From contig JBFMEV010000007.1 in assembly GCA_040752335.1 (NCBI GenBank), forward strand, positions 44,147 through 108,146: a DNA stretch of 64,000 nucleotides, in the 5' to 3' direction. Position numbers and translations under genes: made by a program. The stretch comes from Chloroflexota bacterium (GTDB lineage: Bacteria; Chloroflexota; Limnocylindria; Limnocylindrales; CSP1-4). Shown here piece after piece: positions 40,038 to 49,526 of this stretch; the first letter of the stretch is position 1, and every line of letters starts with the position of its first letter. The notes below the pieces were generated by a model. It was given only the letters and a program-made list of their open reading frames with translations. It did not search any database and had not been told where the DNA came from.

Positions 40038-41338
40038 TCGGCCTCCTCAACGCTCAGGTCGAGGAAGTGGGTGGCGCACGAGATGCACGGGTCGTAGGAC
40101 CGGATGAGCTGCTCCAGGCGGTGGGTCGCCTCGCCCATCGGCAGGTCCAGGACAGCCGGGGCGAAGGTCGCCAGGTCGGCTTCGATGGCGGCCTGGTTCT
40201 GGGAGGTCGGGGGCACGATCGTGGCCGCCGCGACCTTGCCGTCGTTGCCCACGACGTAGCGGTGGAACAGCAGCCCGCGGGGCGCCTCCGTCGCCCAGGC
40301 GGCGGTGCCGGGCCGTGGCGTGTAGGCCACGGCCGGGGCGTCGGGCTTCGCGTAGGCATCGATGATGTCGAGCGCCTCGGCGGTCACATGGACCAGCTCG
40401 ACCGCACGGGCCACGATGCTCCGGTAGGGGTTGCGGCGGATCGATTCGAGGGCCCCAGTCCGGGTCAGTGCCTCCTGCGCCAGCGGGTGGAGCTGGTCGC
40501 CGGCCAGGACCACGCGCGCCGCCGGCCCGAGCAGGTACGGCAGGCCATCACCCGCGCGCGCCTGGAGGGCGTTGGACCACGGGACCTGGACCTCGTGGAA
40601 GGCCTTCCGCCAGTCCGAGGCCCGGAGGTTGACCCCGTCCGATGAGACGATCCGGCCGTCGTTGAGCGGGTACTCGCTCCGGTGCTTGAGCGCCACCAGG
40701 CGCGGCTCGCGCTCGAACGAGGGCGCTCGGAGCGCCGCGACGACGTCGACCGTCGCCTGGGACAGCGCGAGGGCCTCCTCTAGGCTCGGCCGGAGGGCGG
40801 TGAGCTCGGCCCGGTCGGGCATCCGGGAGAAGCCCCCGACCCTGACACTGACGGGGTGGATCGGCCGCCCGCCGAGGACCGCGAGGAGGTGGTTGCCGGC
40901 CTTCTTGAGCCGCAGGCCGCCATCGACGAGCTCCTTGTGATCCCTCGCCAGCTCCACCGCGCTGGGGTAGCCCAGGAAGTCGGGAGCGTGCAGGAGGTAG
41001 ATGTGGAGGGCGTGGCTCTCGATCCATTCGGCGCAGTAGAGGAGCCGGCGGAGGGCGCGAACCTGGGGATGGACGGCTACGTGGAAGAGGTCCTCGAAGG
41101 CGTGGACGGCGCTCATCTGGTAGGCGACGGGGCAGATCCCGCAGATCCGGGCAACGATGTCGATGACCTCGTCCGGCGTTCGGCCCACGACGAGGGCCTC
41201 GAAGTAGCGCGGTGCCTCGAAGATCTCGAGGCGGGCCTCCTCCACGACGCCGTCGCGGACCCGGAGGTGGAGCGAACCCTCGCCCTCGACCCGGGTCAGG
41301 TTCTCGACCTGGAACCGGAGGTCACCGCCGTGGCCCAT
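40034..41338 (-). CDS. [NiFe]-hydrogenase large (alpha) subunit, cytosolic group-3 type
   Basis: N-terminal RICGIC and C-terminal DPCISCATH nickel-binding motifs. RVEGEGSLHLRV start. 434 aa, with no long C-terminal extension beyond the cleavage motif. Confidence 0.95.
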   Translation of the reverse strand: MGHGGDLRFQVENLTRVEGEGSLHLRVRDGVVEEARLEIFEAPRYFEALVVGRTPDEVIDIVARICGICPVAYQMSAVHAFEDLFHVAVHPQVRALRRLLYCAEWIESHALHIYLLHAPDFLGYPSAVELARDHKELVDGGLRLKKAGNHLLAVLGGRPIHPVSVRVGGFSRMPDRAELTALRPSLEEALALSQATVDVVAALRAPSFEREPRLVALKHRSEYPLNDGRIVSSDGVNLRASDWRKAFHEVQVPWSNALQARAGDGLPYLLGPAARVVLAGDQLHPLAQEALTRTGALESIRRNPYRSIVARAVELVHVTAEALDIIDAYAKPDAPAVAYTPRPGTAAWATEAPRGLLFHRYVVGNDGKVAAATIVPPTSQNQAAIEADLATFAPAVLDLPMGEATHRLEQLIRSYDPCISCATHFLDLSVEEAE

Positions 41339-42368
41339 CGGGATCCTCCGTGGTGCTGGGGGCGGGCGGCTCCGGTGGGGCGCCCCAGCGGGGCGGGCCC
41401 TCCGGCAGCGTCTCCGGCGGCGAGGCGAGCGTCGGGCGGAGGGGCTGGATCGGCCGGCCGCCGAGGGCGTCCGTCACGGATCGCATCGGCGCGGTCGCGC
41501 CGTTGAAGCCGGCGAAGAGGCGCCCGACGTCCACCGGGTCGCGGCCGGGGCCACCGATCCCGTTCGGGTCGCCGGCGGCGGCGCCCGACACCAGGGCGTC
41601 GGCATAGCCGCTCGTGTTCGCGCCCTCGCGCGGCCCGAAGCAGCCGTAGCAGCCGCGCCCGAAGGCCGGGCAGATCGCGCCGCAACCTGTCCGCGTCACC
41701 GGCCCCAGGCAGGGCAGGCCGCGAGCGACGACGACGCACGGGATCCCCCTCCGCTTGCACTCCAGGCAGACGGCCTGGTCGGGGAGCTGGGGTCGGCGGC
41801 CCGTCGCGAGCGAGATCAGGAGCTCGAGAAGCTGCTCCGGCGAGATCGGGCAGCCGCGGAGCTCGGCATCAACATGGACGAACTCCGAGACCGGCCGGGC
41901 GGTGGCCAATGAATCGACATACGCCGGGACGGGATAGACGGCGGCCCGGAAGGCCTCGTGCTCGGCGGCGGTCCGGAGGGCCTGGATGCCGCCGGCCGTC
42001 GCGCAGGCGCCGATCGTGACGAGGAGCTTCGCCTCGGCCCGGAGGCGGGCGATCTCGACGACCTGCTCCGGGGTGGCGATCGAGCCCTCGACGAGGAGGA
42101 CGTCGAAGGGGCCCGACGAGCGCCGCGACGTGGCCTCGGCAAACTCGACGATCTCGAACCGCTCGGCGATCTCGAGGAGGTGGTCCTCGACGTCGAGGAT
42201 CGTCAGCTGGCAGCCGTCGCACGAGGCGAACTTGACGACGCCCACGCGGGGGCGACGAGGGGCGGTCGCCCGGCCCGTGGCGTGGCCGGGGGCGCCCCCG
42301 CCACCGGCTGGCCCGATGCCGGCTGCGCCCCCGGCCGCGCCGGCGCCGGCCCGCATGACGACGTCCAT
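41322..42368 (-). CDS. [NiFe]-hydrogenase small (delta) subunit, group-3 type, with long C-terminal tail
   Basis: VVKFASCDGCQLT, GACATAGGI and CPISPEQ Fe-S ligand patterns. 348 aa, including a Pro/Gly-rich tail of roughly 80 aa. Confidence 0.85.
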   Translation of the reverse strand: MDVVMRAGAGAAGGAAGIGPAGGGGAPGHATGRATAPRRPRVGVVKFASCDGCQLTILDVEDHLLEIAERFEIVEFAEATSRRSSGPFDVLLVEGSIATPEQVVEIARLRAEAKLLVTIGACATAGGIQALRTAAEHEAFRAAVYPVPAYVDSLATARPVSEFVHVDAELRGCPISPEQLLELLISLATGRRPQLPDQAVCLECKRRGIPCVVVARGLPCLGPVTRTGCGAICPAFGRGCYGCFGPREGANTSGYADALVSGAAAGDPNGIGGPGRDPVDVGRLFAGFNGATAPMRSVTDALGGRPIQPLRPTLASPPETLPEGPPRWGAPPEPPAPSTTEDPDGPRR

Positions 42369-44401
42369 CACAGGCCCTCCCGCCGAAGGTCGTCGCCGAG
42401 CTCGGCGAGACTGAAGACGGGCCCGTCCCGGCACACGAACCGCGTTCCGAGCTGGCAATGGCCGCACAGCCCGACGCCACACTCCATGTGCCGCTCGAGG
42501 GTCAGCCACATGTGCTCCCGGGGCACGCCGAGGTCGCCGAGGACGTCGGCGGTGGCCGACATCATTCGCTCCGGGCCGCAGATGAAGGCGGTCGCGTCTG
42601 CGCCCGTCCCGCGGACGGTCTTGAAGAGCTGGGTCACGATGCCGACCCGTCCCAGCCATTCGGGCCCGGCCCGGTCCACGGTCACCCGGACGAGCACGTC
42701 GTCGCGGGCGGCGAGGGCGTCGATCTCCTCGACGAACAGGCGGTCGCGCGGCGTGCGGGCGCCGAGGTAGATCCGGACGTCCTCGTAGCGGTCGCGCTCG
42801 CGGAGCACGGCATCGATGACCGGTCGGAGCGGCGCCAGGCCGATGCCGCCGCCGACGATGACGACGTCGCGGCCACGCGCGTCCTCGACGGGCCAGCCCC
42901 GGCCGAGCGGTCCGCGGAGCCCGAGCGTGGCCCCCTTGCGAAGGCGGGTCAGGAAGCTCGTCGCGGCGCCGGCGGCGCGGATCGTGAGCTCGATGCCGTC
43001 GGGCTGGAAGCGCGAGATGGAGATCGGTGGGATCGCGAAGGCAGGCACGCCGACCATGACGAACTGGCCGGGGGTCCCGGCGAGGATCCGGGGGTCAGCG
43101 GTCTCGAGCCGGAGGGTCGTGGTGTCGGCGGTCTCGGGGGTGACCGCGACGACCGTCGCCGGGCTGAAGGCGAGGGGGTCGGGCGCGCCGTCGAGCCCTG
43201 CGACGATCTGGGGGAGCGCGGGTGCCACCAGGGCGGTCGTTGGCGGCGCGGCCGCCGGCGCGGCGGCGATCTCGTTGAGCTCCTCGCGGACATCGATGCC
43301 GACCGGGCACCAGGCGATGCAGCGGCCGCAGCCGATGCAGCCGGATGTTCCGAACTGGTCCCACCACGTCGCGAACTTGTGGGTCAGCCACTGCCGGTAG
43401 CGATCGCGGTGGCGAGGCCGGAAGCTGCCGCCGGCGATCTGGGCGAAGCCCTCCGTGAAGCACGAGTCCCACGCCCGCGTGGCGCTCGACGCGGCGGCGT
43501 CGAAGCCGGAGTGGACCTCCAGGCCGGTGCAGAAGCAGGTCGGGCAGGCGAGAGTGCAGTTGGCGCAGGCGATGCAGCGCTCGGCGACGACGTCCCAGCG
43601 CGGGTGGTCCAGGTTCGCCAGGAGGAGGTCCCGCGGGTTCGCGGGGATGGCCGCCGTGCCCATCGCGGCGCGGGCCGCCGCGGTCTGGGCGGCGCCCGCC
43701 TCGGCCTGGTCGCCGGTGGCCGGCCGGAGGTCGTCGACTGTCGTCAGGACCCGCTCGCCGGCCGGCGTCGCGGCGCGGATGACGAAGCCGTCGTCGAGCT
43801 CGTTCAGGACCAGGTCGGCACCGGTCGTGACCTCGGGGCCGGTGCCCATCGAGGCGCAGAAGCAGGTGCTCGAGGCGAGGGCGCACTCGACGGCGACGAT
43901 GAGGAGGTCCCGCCGTCGGGCGGCGTAGTCCGGGTCGACCGCCGGGCCGCCGACGAGGACGCGGTCGTGGACGGCGAGCGCAGCGAGGTCGCAGGCCCGG
44001 GCCCCGACGATCGCCAGCGGGGCGGGATCCGCGGGCGCCTCCACCCGGACCCGGACGGTGCCGTCGTCGGCGGTCTCCATCGACAGCGCGTCGACGCGGC
44101 TCGGGAAGGTGAAGCGCTTGATGCCCTCGCCGGAGACCGTGTACTGGAACGTCCGGGCCTCGCCGGGGCCCTCGGGCAGGCGCTCCAGGCGAGCTCGCCC
44201 GGGCGACGTCTGGAGGGTCCAGCCGCCTGGCAGGTCCGCCGCGCTCCCGAGGTCGGCGAAGACGATCGCCCCGTCGGCGATCGTGGGACCCACGACGCGC
44301 CGGCCACCCTCGCCGAGCGCGGCGATGAGCTCGTCGAAGCGATCGCGGGGCAGGAATCGCGGGGCCGTCGTCGCGAGCTCGCCGGGCGAGGCGATCACCA
44401 C
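42368..44401 (-). CDS. Fused hydrogenase diaphorase subunits: 4Fe-4S beta-like (AsrA/HydB) domain + FAD/NAD(P)/[2Fe-2S] gamma-like (AsrB/HydG) domain
   Basis: One uninterrupted frame. CIACANCTLACPTCFC and CIGCGRCIAWCP motifs are followed by a ferredoxin-reductase fold (VVIVGGGIGLAPL) and C-terminal CGVGLCGHCQ. GTG start overlaps the stop of the cNMP gene. Confidence 0.8.
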   Translation of the reverse strand: MVIASPGELATTAPRFLPRDRFDELIAALGEGGRRVVGPTIADGAIVFADLGSAADLPGGWTLQTSPGRARLERLPEGPGEARTFQYTVSGEGIKRFTFPSRVDALSMETADDGTVRVRVEAPADPAPLAIVGARACDLAALAVHDRVLVGGPAVDPDYAARRRDLLIVAVECALASSTCFCASMGTGPEVTTGADLVLNELDDGFVIRAATPAGERVLTTVDDLRPATGDQAEAGAAQTAAARAAMGTAAIPANPRDLLLANLDHPRWDVVAERCIACANCTLACPTCFCTGLEVHSGFDAAASSATRAWDSCFTEGFAQIAGGSFRPRHRDRYRQWLTHKFATWWDQFGTSGCIGCGRCIAWCPVGIDVREELNEIAAAPAAAPPTTALVAPALPQIVAGLDGAPDPLAFSPATVVAVTPETADTTTLRLETADPRILAGTPGQFVMVGVPAFAIPPISISRFQPDGIELTIRAAGAATSFLTRLRKGATLGLRGPLGRGWPVEDARGRDVVIVGGGIGLAPLRPVIDAVLRERDRYEDVRIYLGARTPRDRLFVEEIDALAARDDVLVRVTVDRAGPEWLGRVGIVTQLFKTVRGTGADATAFICGPERMMSATADVLGDLGVPREHMWLTLERHMECGVGLCGHCQLGTRFVCRDGPVFSLAELGDDLRREGL

Positions 44402-44904
44402 GGGTCGACCTCGGCACCGCGGAAGAGATCGAGGAGCTGGTCGCGCGTCGCGGCCACACGGGCCGCGACCGTCTCGAGGATGGGCGGCAGGAAGGCGGCC
44501 GCGACCTCGGCATCCGAGCCGAGGATCGCCCGGAGCTCCTCGGCCGGGAAGCTCGCCAGCTCGGTCGGTTCGAGGGCCGTCGCGCTCGTCGTGGCGCGGT
44601 AGGGCGGCACGATCGCCGACCAGCCCACGATGTCGCCGGGATCGAGGGTCAGGATCGTCACGGCGCCGCGCTCGGGGACGCGCAGCCGCAGTGCGACCCG
44701 CCCGCGGACGATGATCGAGAGGACCTTCGTGACGTCGCCCTCGTGCATGAAGGTGTCGCCGGGCGCGATCTCGCGGTGAGCCAGCAGTCCGAGCAACCGC
44801 TCGCGGGGACCGGGCGGCAGGGCATCGACGATCGGAATCGGCTCGTGGGGCAGGCTCCCGCCGGCGGGGGCCGCGCCTGCATTCGCTCGCTGAGCGCTCG
44901 GCAT
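44395..44904 (-). CDS. Stand-alone cyclic-nucleotide-binding (CAP effector-type) domain protein
   Basis: 169 aa. REIAPGDTFMHEGDVTKVLSIIVRGRVAL...LDPGDIVGWSA beta-roll pattern. No HTH. GGAGG Shine-Dalgarno precedes the ATG. Confidence 0.8.
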   Translation of the reverse strand: MPSAQRANAGAAPAGGSLPHEPIPIVDALPPGPRERLLGLLAHREIAPGDTFMHEGDVTKVLSIIVRGRVALRLRVPERGAVTILTLDPGDIVGWSAIVPPYRATTSATALEPTELASFPAEELRAILGSDAEVAAAFLPPILETVAARVAATRDQLLDLFRGAEVDPW

Positions 44905-45081
44905 CGTGGAGACCTCCACGCCTGACGGTACGGGCGGCGGCCACGCTCCAAGGAGCGCCATCGGTCCCGATCACGTCCCGCCGCCGGCCCCCGCGAACCG
45001 GGACCGCGACCACGGAGTCCCGAGGAATCCGGGACCTTCGGCCCTACCCGTGCATCGGGGCCCGGCCGAAGATGCGGGCGC

Positions 45082-45123
45082 GGTGGATACCGGAGGGGAC
45101 GCCCGGTATCCACCCTTTTGATT
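45082..45123 (+). terminator. Intrinsic-terminator-like hairpin with no upstream plus-strand gene
   Basis: GGTGGATACCGG-aggggacgc-CCGGTATCCACC is a 12-bp perfect stem, followed by CTTTTGATT. Lies in the hydrogenase/yceI divergent intergenic region. Confidence 0.45.
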
Positions 45124-45251
45124 CCCGCCGGGTACGGGGCGGTGGCAACGGGAGCGCCGGCGGGAGCTCTCATCTGCTTCTCATCCGGTCGCCGGCATCA
45201 TTCCGGGCATCACATCGCCGGCCGCGCGCCCGCGGCCCCACGAGGTCCCCG

Positions 45252-46037
45252 ATGCCGTCGTCCCGCCTCCCGATTGCCCTCGCCGCCGGCGCGCTCGTCG
45301 TCGTGCTCGGTGGCTTCCTCGTCTTCCAGCAGTTCCTCGCCGGCGACGACGTGGCCCGGCTGACCCTCGCGCCCGTCGCCACGTCCTCCGCCGACCCGTC
45401 GGCGAGCGGCGATGCCTCGGCAGACCCTTCGACCGATCCCTCGGGCAGCGCGGAGCCGAGCGAGGGCAGCGGCGGCGAGACGGCGACCGCGGCAGAGCTC
45501 GCCGGGACCTGGACGGTCGCCGACGGAAGCGTCGTGGGCTACCGCGTCCGAGAGCAGCTCGGCGGGATCTCCGCCCTGACCGACGCCGTCGGGCGAACGA
45601 GCGCGGTGACGGGCACGGCGACCCTCGACGCAGGCGGCGAGACCCTCACCGTGACCGAGGCAGCCTTCGAGGCCGACCTCACGCAGCTCGAGAGCGACGA
45701 GGGCCGGCGCGACAACCGGATCCGCACGATCGGACTCGAATCCGACACCTTCCCGACCGCCACGTTCGTCCTTGCCGAGTCGATCGAGGTTTCCGCGGAG
45801 GCGCTCACGGGCCAGACCGTCGACGTCACGCTGACCGGCAACCTCACGATCCACGGCGTCACGAAGCGCGTCTCCATCCCCGGTCAGGCACGCCTCAACG
45901 GCGACCTCATCGAGGTCGTCGGCTCGCTGACCTTCCCGTTCTCCGACTTCGGGATGACGCCGCCCGACGTGGCCGGCTTCGTCCAGGTCGAGGACGACGC
46001 GACGCTGGAAGTCCTGATCGCGCTGGCCCGGGCGTAG
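45252..46037 (+). CDS. YceI-family protein with N-terminal membrane anchor/signal
   Basis: TM helix (IALAAGALVVVLGGFLVF), Ser/Asp/Pro linker, then the YceI pattern (TLTGNLTIHGVTKRVSIP). Confidence 0.8.
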   Translation: MPSSRLPIALAAGALVVVLGGFLVFQQFLAGDDVARLTLAPVATSSADPSASGDASADPSTDPSGSAEPSEGSGGETATAAELAGTWTVADGSVVGYRVREQLGGISALTDAVGRTSAVTGTATLDAGGETLTVTEAAFEADLTQLESDEGRRDNRIRTIGLESDTFPTATFVLAESIEVSAEALTGQTVDVTLTGNLTIHGVTKRVSIPGQARLNGDLIEVVGSLTFPFSDFGMTPPDVAGFVQVEDDATLEVLIALARA

Positions 46038-46058
46038 GCCTCGGCGAACGCCGCCGCC

Positions 46059-47330
46059 TCAGTCCAGGTGCAGGCGTCGCGCCTCGGAGCGGAGCTCGTC
46101 GCGGAAGTTGGGGTCGGCGATCCCGATGAGGGCCTCGGCCCGCTCGTGGAGCGAGCGGCCCCACAGCTCGGCGACGCCCCACTCCGTCACGATCGTCCGC
46201 GCATGAGCCCTCGTCGTCACGACGCCGGCCCCCTCCTTGAGGGTCGAGACGATCCGGGACATCGTGCCGCCGGCCGCGGACGAGGGCAGGGCGATGATCG
46301 CCCGGCCCTCCGAGGCCAGCGAGGCGCCCCGGACGAAGTCCATCTGGCCGCCGACTCCGGAGTACATCCGATGTCCGATGCTGTCGGCCACGACCTGCCC
46401 GGTGAGATCGACCTCGATGGCCGAGTTGATGGCCGTCATCCGGCTGAACGAGCGGATGACGTGGGTGTCGTTGGTGAAGTCGACCTGGCGCATCTCGACC
46501 ATCGGGTTGTCGTGGACGAAGTCGTACAGCCGCTGGGTGCCCATCATGAAGGCACACACGATCTTGCCGCGGTTGCGCTCCTTGCGGCTGCCGTTGACCA
46601 CGCCCTTCTCGACGAGGTCGACGACGACGTCGGTGAACATCTCGGTGTGGACGCCGAGATCGCGCTTGTCGGCCAGGGCCGCTCCGACGGCCGAGGGGAT
46701 CGCGCCGATGCCCATCTGGATCGTGGCCCCGTCCGGGACGAGGTCGGCGACGAACTGTCCGATCCGGCGCTCGACCTCGCCGAGCTCGCCCACGACGTGC
46801 TGGTAGACGGGGACGTCGCACTCAACCGCGAGGTCAATCTGGTCGACGTGGATGAAGCTCTCGCCGAGCGTCCGGGGCACGGCCCGGTTGAACTGGACGA
46901 TGACCGTCTTCGCCGCCCGGATCGCGGCGTGCATCGCCTCGACGCTCGTGCCCAGCGAGCAGAACCCGTGGGCGTCGGGCGGGGTGGCGTTGACGAAGAC
47001 GGCGTCGAGGGGCAGGAGCCCGCTGTCGAAGAGGCGCGGCACGTCCGACAGGAAGGCCGGGATGTATTCCGCTCGGCCCTCGTTGATCGCCGCCCGCGCG
47101 TTGGGGCCGACGAACAGTGCTCGATGCCGGAAGTGGGGCGCCATCCCGGGCGCGAGGTGGGGGCCGGGCCCCTCGCAGTGGAGGTGGACGACGCGGACGT
47201 CCTCGAGCTCCGGGGCCCGGGCCACGAGTGCGTCGAGCAGGACCGAGGGCGTGGCCGCGGCACAGTGGAGGTAGATCTGGTCGCCGGACTGGATACCGGC
47301 GACGGCCTCTTCGGCGGTGACGATTCTCAT
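46059..47330 (-). CDS. Acetyl-CoA hydrolase/transferase family protein (4-hydroxybutyrate CoA-transferase-like)
   Basis: 423 aa. Motifs AVAGIQSGDQIYLH, GIGAIPSAV and YSGVGGQMDF. Confidence 0.85.
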   Translation of the reverse strand: MRIVTAEEAVAGIQSGDQIYLHCAAATPSVLLDALVARAPELEDVRVVHLHCEGPGPHLAPGMAPHFRHRALFVGPNARAAINEGRAEYIPAFLSDVPRLFDSGLLPLDAVFVNATPPDAHGFCSLGTSVEAMHAAIRAAKTVIVQFNRAVPRTLGESFIHVDQIDLAVECDVPVYQHVVGELGEVERRIGQFVADLVPDGATIQMGIGAIPSAVGAALADKRDLGVHTEMFTDVVVDLVEKGVVNGSRKERNRGKIVCAFMMGTQRLYDFVHDNPMVEMRQVDFTNDTHVIRSFSRMTAINSAIEVDLTGQVVADSIGHRMYSGVGGQMDFVRGASLASEGRAIIALPSSAAGGTMSRIVSTLKEGAGVVTTRAHARTIVTEWGVAELWGRSLHERAEALIGIADPNFRDELRSEARRLHLD

Positions 47331-47454
47331 GCGTCGAGGATAGGCCGCGGCCGGCCCGGAACGGCGGTCCGGACGACCCGCGATCTGCGGGCCGAATGTC
47401 GGCGATCCGGCCTCCGGCCTCCACGCCGGCCCGGGGGCCGCGATCCGCGCGGCG

Positions 47455-48123
47455 CTAGTTGGCCCCGCGGTCCAGGCGGTGCTTGGCGACGAACGCGGCG
47501 GCCTGGGCCCGCCGCTCGAGGTTCAGCTTGGAGAGGATCGAGCTGACGTAGTTCTTGACCGTCTTGTCGGACAGGAAGACGTCCGAGGCGATCTCCTTGT
47601 TCGTCTTGCCCTCGGCCACGAGGAGCAGGATCTTCTGCTCCTGGGCGGTCAGCTGGGCGAGCTCGTCGGTGTACGTCCCGGTGGCGATCCGGCGGACTCG
47701 CTCCAGGACCTTCTCGGTCACCGCCGGGTCCAGCAGCGATTCGCCACGACCGACGGATTCCAGGGCGGAGACGAGATCGCGGGCCCGGATCTGCTTCAGG
47801 AGGTACCCGGACGCCCCGGCCACGATCGCCGACAGAACCGCCTCCTCGTCGGGGAACGAAGTCAACATCACGATCCGGGTGCCGGGCAGCTCGGCCCGGA
47901 TCTCGCGGCAGGCCTCGATGCCCGAGCCATCCGGCAGCCGGACGTCCATGATCGCGATGTCCGGCTGGAATCGGAGGGCCTGCTCGACGGCCTCGGCGGC
48001 CGTTCCGGCCTCGGCCACGACCTGGAACCCCTCCCGGCGATCCAGCAGGGCGACGAGGCCCTGGCGGACGACCTCATGGTCGTCGACGACGAGGATGCGG
48101 AGCGGGCGCGTGGGGTCCGTCAC
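47455..48123 (-). CDS. NarL/LuxR-family response regulator (DevR/DosR-like architecture)
   Basis: REC domain (ILVVDDHEVVRQG...AIMDVRLPDGSG) plus LuxR HTH (LTAQEQKILLLVAEGKTNKEIA). GTGA overlap with the kinase stop. Confidence 0.9.
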   Translation of the reverse strand: MTDPTRPLRILVVDDHEVVRQGLVALLDRREGFQVVAEAGTAAEAVEQALRFQPDIAIMDVRLPDGSGIEACREIRAELPGTRIVMLTSFPDEEAVLSAIVAGASGYLLKQIRARDLVSALESVGRGESLLDPAVTEKVLERVRRIATGTYTDELAQLTAQEQKILLLVAEGKTNKEIASDVFLSDKTVKNYVSSILSKLNLERRAQAAAFVAKHRLDRGAN

Positions 48124-49328
48124 GGTCGTTCGGCCTCCGGGCTGGCGAGCGGCAGTCGAACGATGATACGGGTCCCGCCGCCGATGTGGCTGGACACCTC
48201 GACCGCGCCGCCCACCGAGGACGCCCGGTCGCGCATGTTGGCCAGGCCCAGGTGGCCGCTCCGGGCCGGGCTCGCGGCGTCGAACCCGGAACCGTTGTCC
48301 TCCACCGACAGGACGGCCGCGGCGTCCTGGGCCCGGAGCGACAGCCGGGCCCGCGGGGCGCCGCTGTGGCGGATCGCGTTGCTGAGCGCCTCGCGGGCGA
48401 TCTGGATGAGCTGGATGCCGGCCTCGGGCGCGAGCCGGGCATCGATCTCGGCCACGTCGGCCAGGTCGAGGTCCAGCGCCATCCGGGCTCCCGACGACAG
48501 CAGCAGCTCGTCGGCCAGGCCGGCGAGGCGCGAACCGATCGAGACTGTCGACGCGTCGGCCCCCAGGCCGGTGATGAACGTCCGGATGTCGCCGATCGCA
48601 GTGTTCAACCGGTCGATCGCCCGGTCGACGCGGGCGTTGGCCTCCGCCGGATCCTCTGACATGAGCTCGGGCACGTCCTCGAGCGACAGGGCCACGGCGT
48701 AGATGCCCTGGATGATCCCGTCGTGGAGGTCGCGCCCGATCCGGATCCGCTCGTCGACGACCGCCAGGCGCTGGACCCGGGCGTGGAGACGGGCGTTCTG
48801 GATCGCGATGCCCGCGTGGAGGGCGAACATCTCCACAAGCCGCTGGTCCTCCTCGCTGAACTCGCTCGCCCCGATCTTGTCGGTCAGGTAGAAGTTGCCG
48901 ATCGAGGCACCGGCCGTCCGGATCGGCACGCCCAGGAACGAATGCATCACCGGGTGGTGCTCCGGGACGCCGTAGGCATCGGGATGCTTCGAGATATCGG
49001 CGATCCGGTAGGCCTGGGAGTCCCGGATGATGAGCCCAAGCAGGCCGTGGCCCCGCGGAGGCGCCCCGATCCGCTCCCGCTCGGGCTCCGAGATGCCGCT
49101 CGTGATGAAGGTCTCGATGCGACCGCTGGCGTCGACGATGCCGAGCGCGGCGTAGCGCGCCTGGACGAGGTCGCGGACGCTGTCGACGATGAGCTGGAGG
49201 ACGCGGTCGAGATCCAGCTCGCCGGCGATCGCGCGCGTAGCCAGGTCGAGGGCATCGATCGCGGCGACCACCGAGAAGTCGCCGCCCTGGGCCTCGGACA
49301 GCCGCCGCGTGACGGCCTGATCGGTCAT
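48120..49328 (-). CDS. GAF-domain sensor histidine kinase (HisKA_3 type)
   Basis: Single GAF domain (RYAALGIVDASG...FLGVPI), H-box RIGRDLHDGIIQ and a HATPase domain (EDNGSGF ... GLANMRDRA). 402 aa, soluble. Confidence 0.85.
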   Translation of the reverse strand: MTDQAVTRRLSEAQGGDFSVVAAIDALDLATRAIAGELDLDRVLQLIVDSVRDLVQARYAALGIVDASGRIETFITSGISEPERERIGAPPRGHGLLGLIIRDSQAYRIADISKHPDAYGVPEHHPVMHSFLGVPIRTAGASIGNFYLTDKIGASEFSEEDQRLVEMFALHAGIAIQNARLHARVQRLAVVDERIRIGRDLHDGIIQGIYAVALSLEDVPELMSEDPAEANARVDRAIDRLNTAIGDIRTFITGLGADASTVSIGSRLAGLADELLLSSGARMALDLDLADVAEIDARLAPEAGIQLIQIAREALSNAIRHSGAPRARLSLRAQDAAAVLSVEDNGSGFDAASPARSGHLGLANMRDRASSVGGAVEVSSHIGGGTRIIVRLPLASPEAERP

Positions 49329-49526
49329 GGCGCAAGCGTAGCAGCGGTGTCGGCGCCCCGGCCCCGGCTTGGGTGGCGACGCGGCTCGAGCCCGGCAGGG
49401 CGACCACCGGCCCCGCATCAACATGCCAGACGTCACTTTCGATCGATGCCCCGGCTGACGACCATGCGTAGCCACACAGCCATGACCGCCCTGCCGATGC
49501 CACCAGCGTCCGCCCGACCCTTCCCG

